A stretch of DNA of 64,000 nucleotides from Deltaproteobacteria bacterium (GTDB taxonomy: Bacteria > Myxococcota > Kuafuiibacteriia > Kuafuiibacteriales > Kuafuiibacteriaceae), in contig JAVJQW010000057.1 of assembly GCA_040218735.1 (NCBI GenBank), forward strand, positions 224,001-288,000, in the 5' to 3' direction. The notes beneath the pieces were generated by a model. That model had not been told where the DNA came from and did no database searches. It saw only the letters and a list, made by a program, of their open reading frames with translations. Below are positions 62,910 through 64,000 of the stretch, piece by piece. Position 1 is the first letter of the stretch; every line of letters starts with the position of its first letter. A program made the position numbers and the translations under genes.

Positions 62910-64000
<1,091 letters not shown>

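Overview
High-GC (about 70% by eye) bacterial chromosome segment, most consistent with Myxococcota (myxobacterial Cys-rich repeats, CglB-like vWA lipoprotein, AgmX/PglI-type protein, many orphan lipoproteins). About 43 genes can be supported; most other ORFs in the track are GC-rich shadow frames. No rRNA, tRNA, CRISPR array or mobile element was seen. Housekeeping genes bracket the window (argS 3' part, sua5/tsaC 5' part). Main points of interest: (1) a 29-40 kb locus in which two lipoproteins with kinase-fold catalytic motifs flank an NTT (ATP/ADP translocase family)-HEAT protein and a tandem cNMP-binding protein, together with a Tat-exported PhoD phosphatase, an Omp85-type barrel and Ppx; this is a candidate extracytoplasmic phosphorylation system with its own nucleotide supply; (2) seven sigma54-type -24/-12 motifs across 23-38 kb lying 12-15 nt before start codons, suggesting a near-leaderless sigma54 regulon; (3) a TPR chaperone-like gene coupled to an RNB nuclease with an effector-like N-terminus, behind a sigma28-like promoter; (4) a CheW-less chemosensory-like operon (porin, small binding protein, sensor-fused CheA, MCP/CheZ-like hybrid, CheY, CheX); (5) a plant PYD1-type dihydropyrimidine dehydrogenase; (6) a 3,879-aa modular surface protein. 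All calls come from motif reading by eye; no database searches were run.
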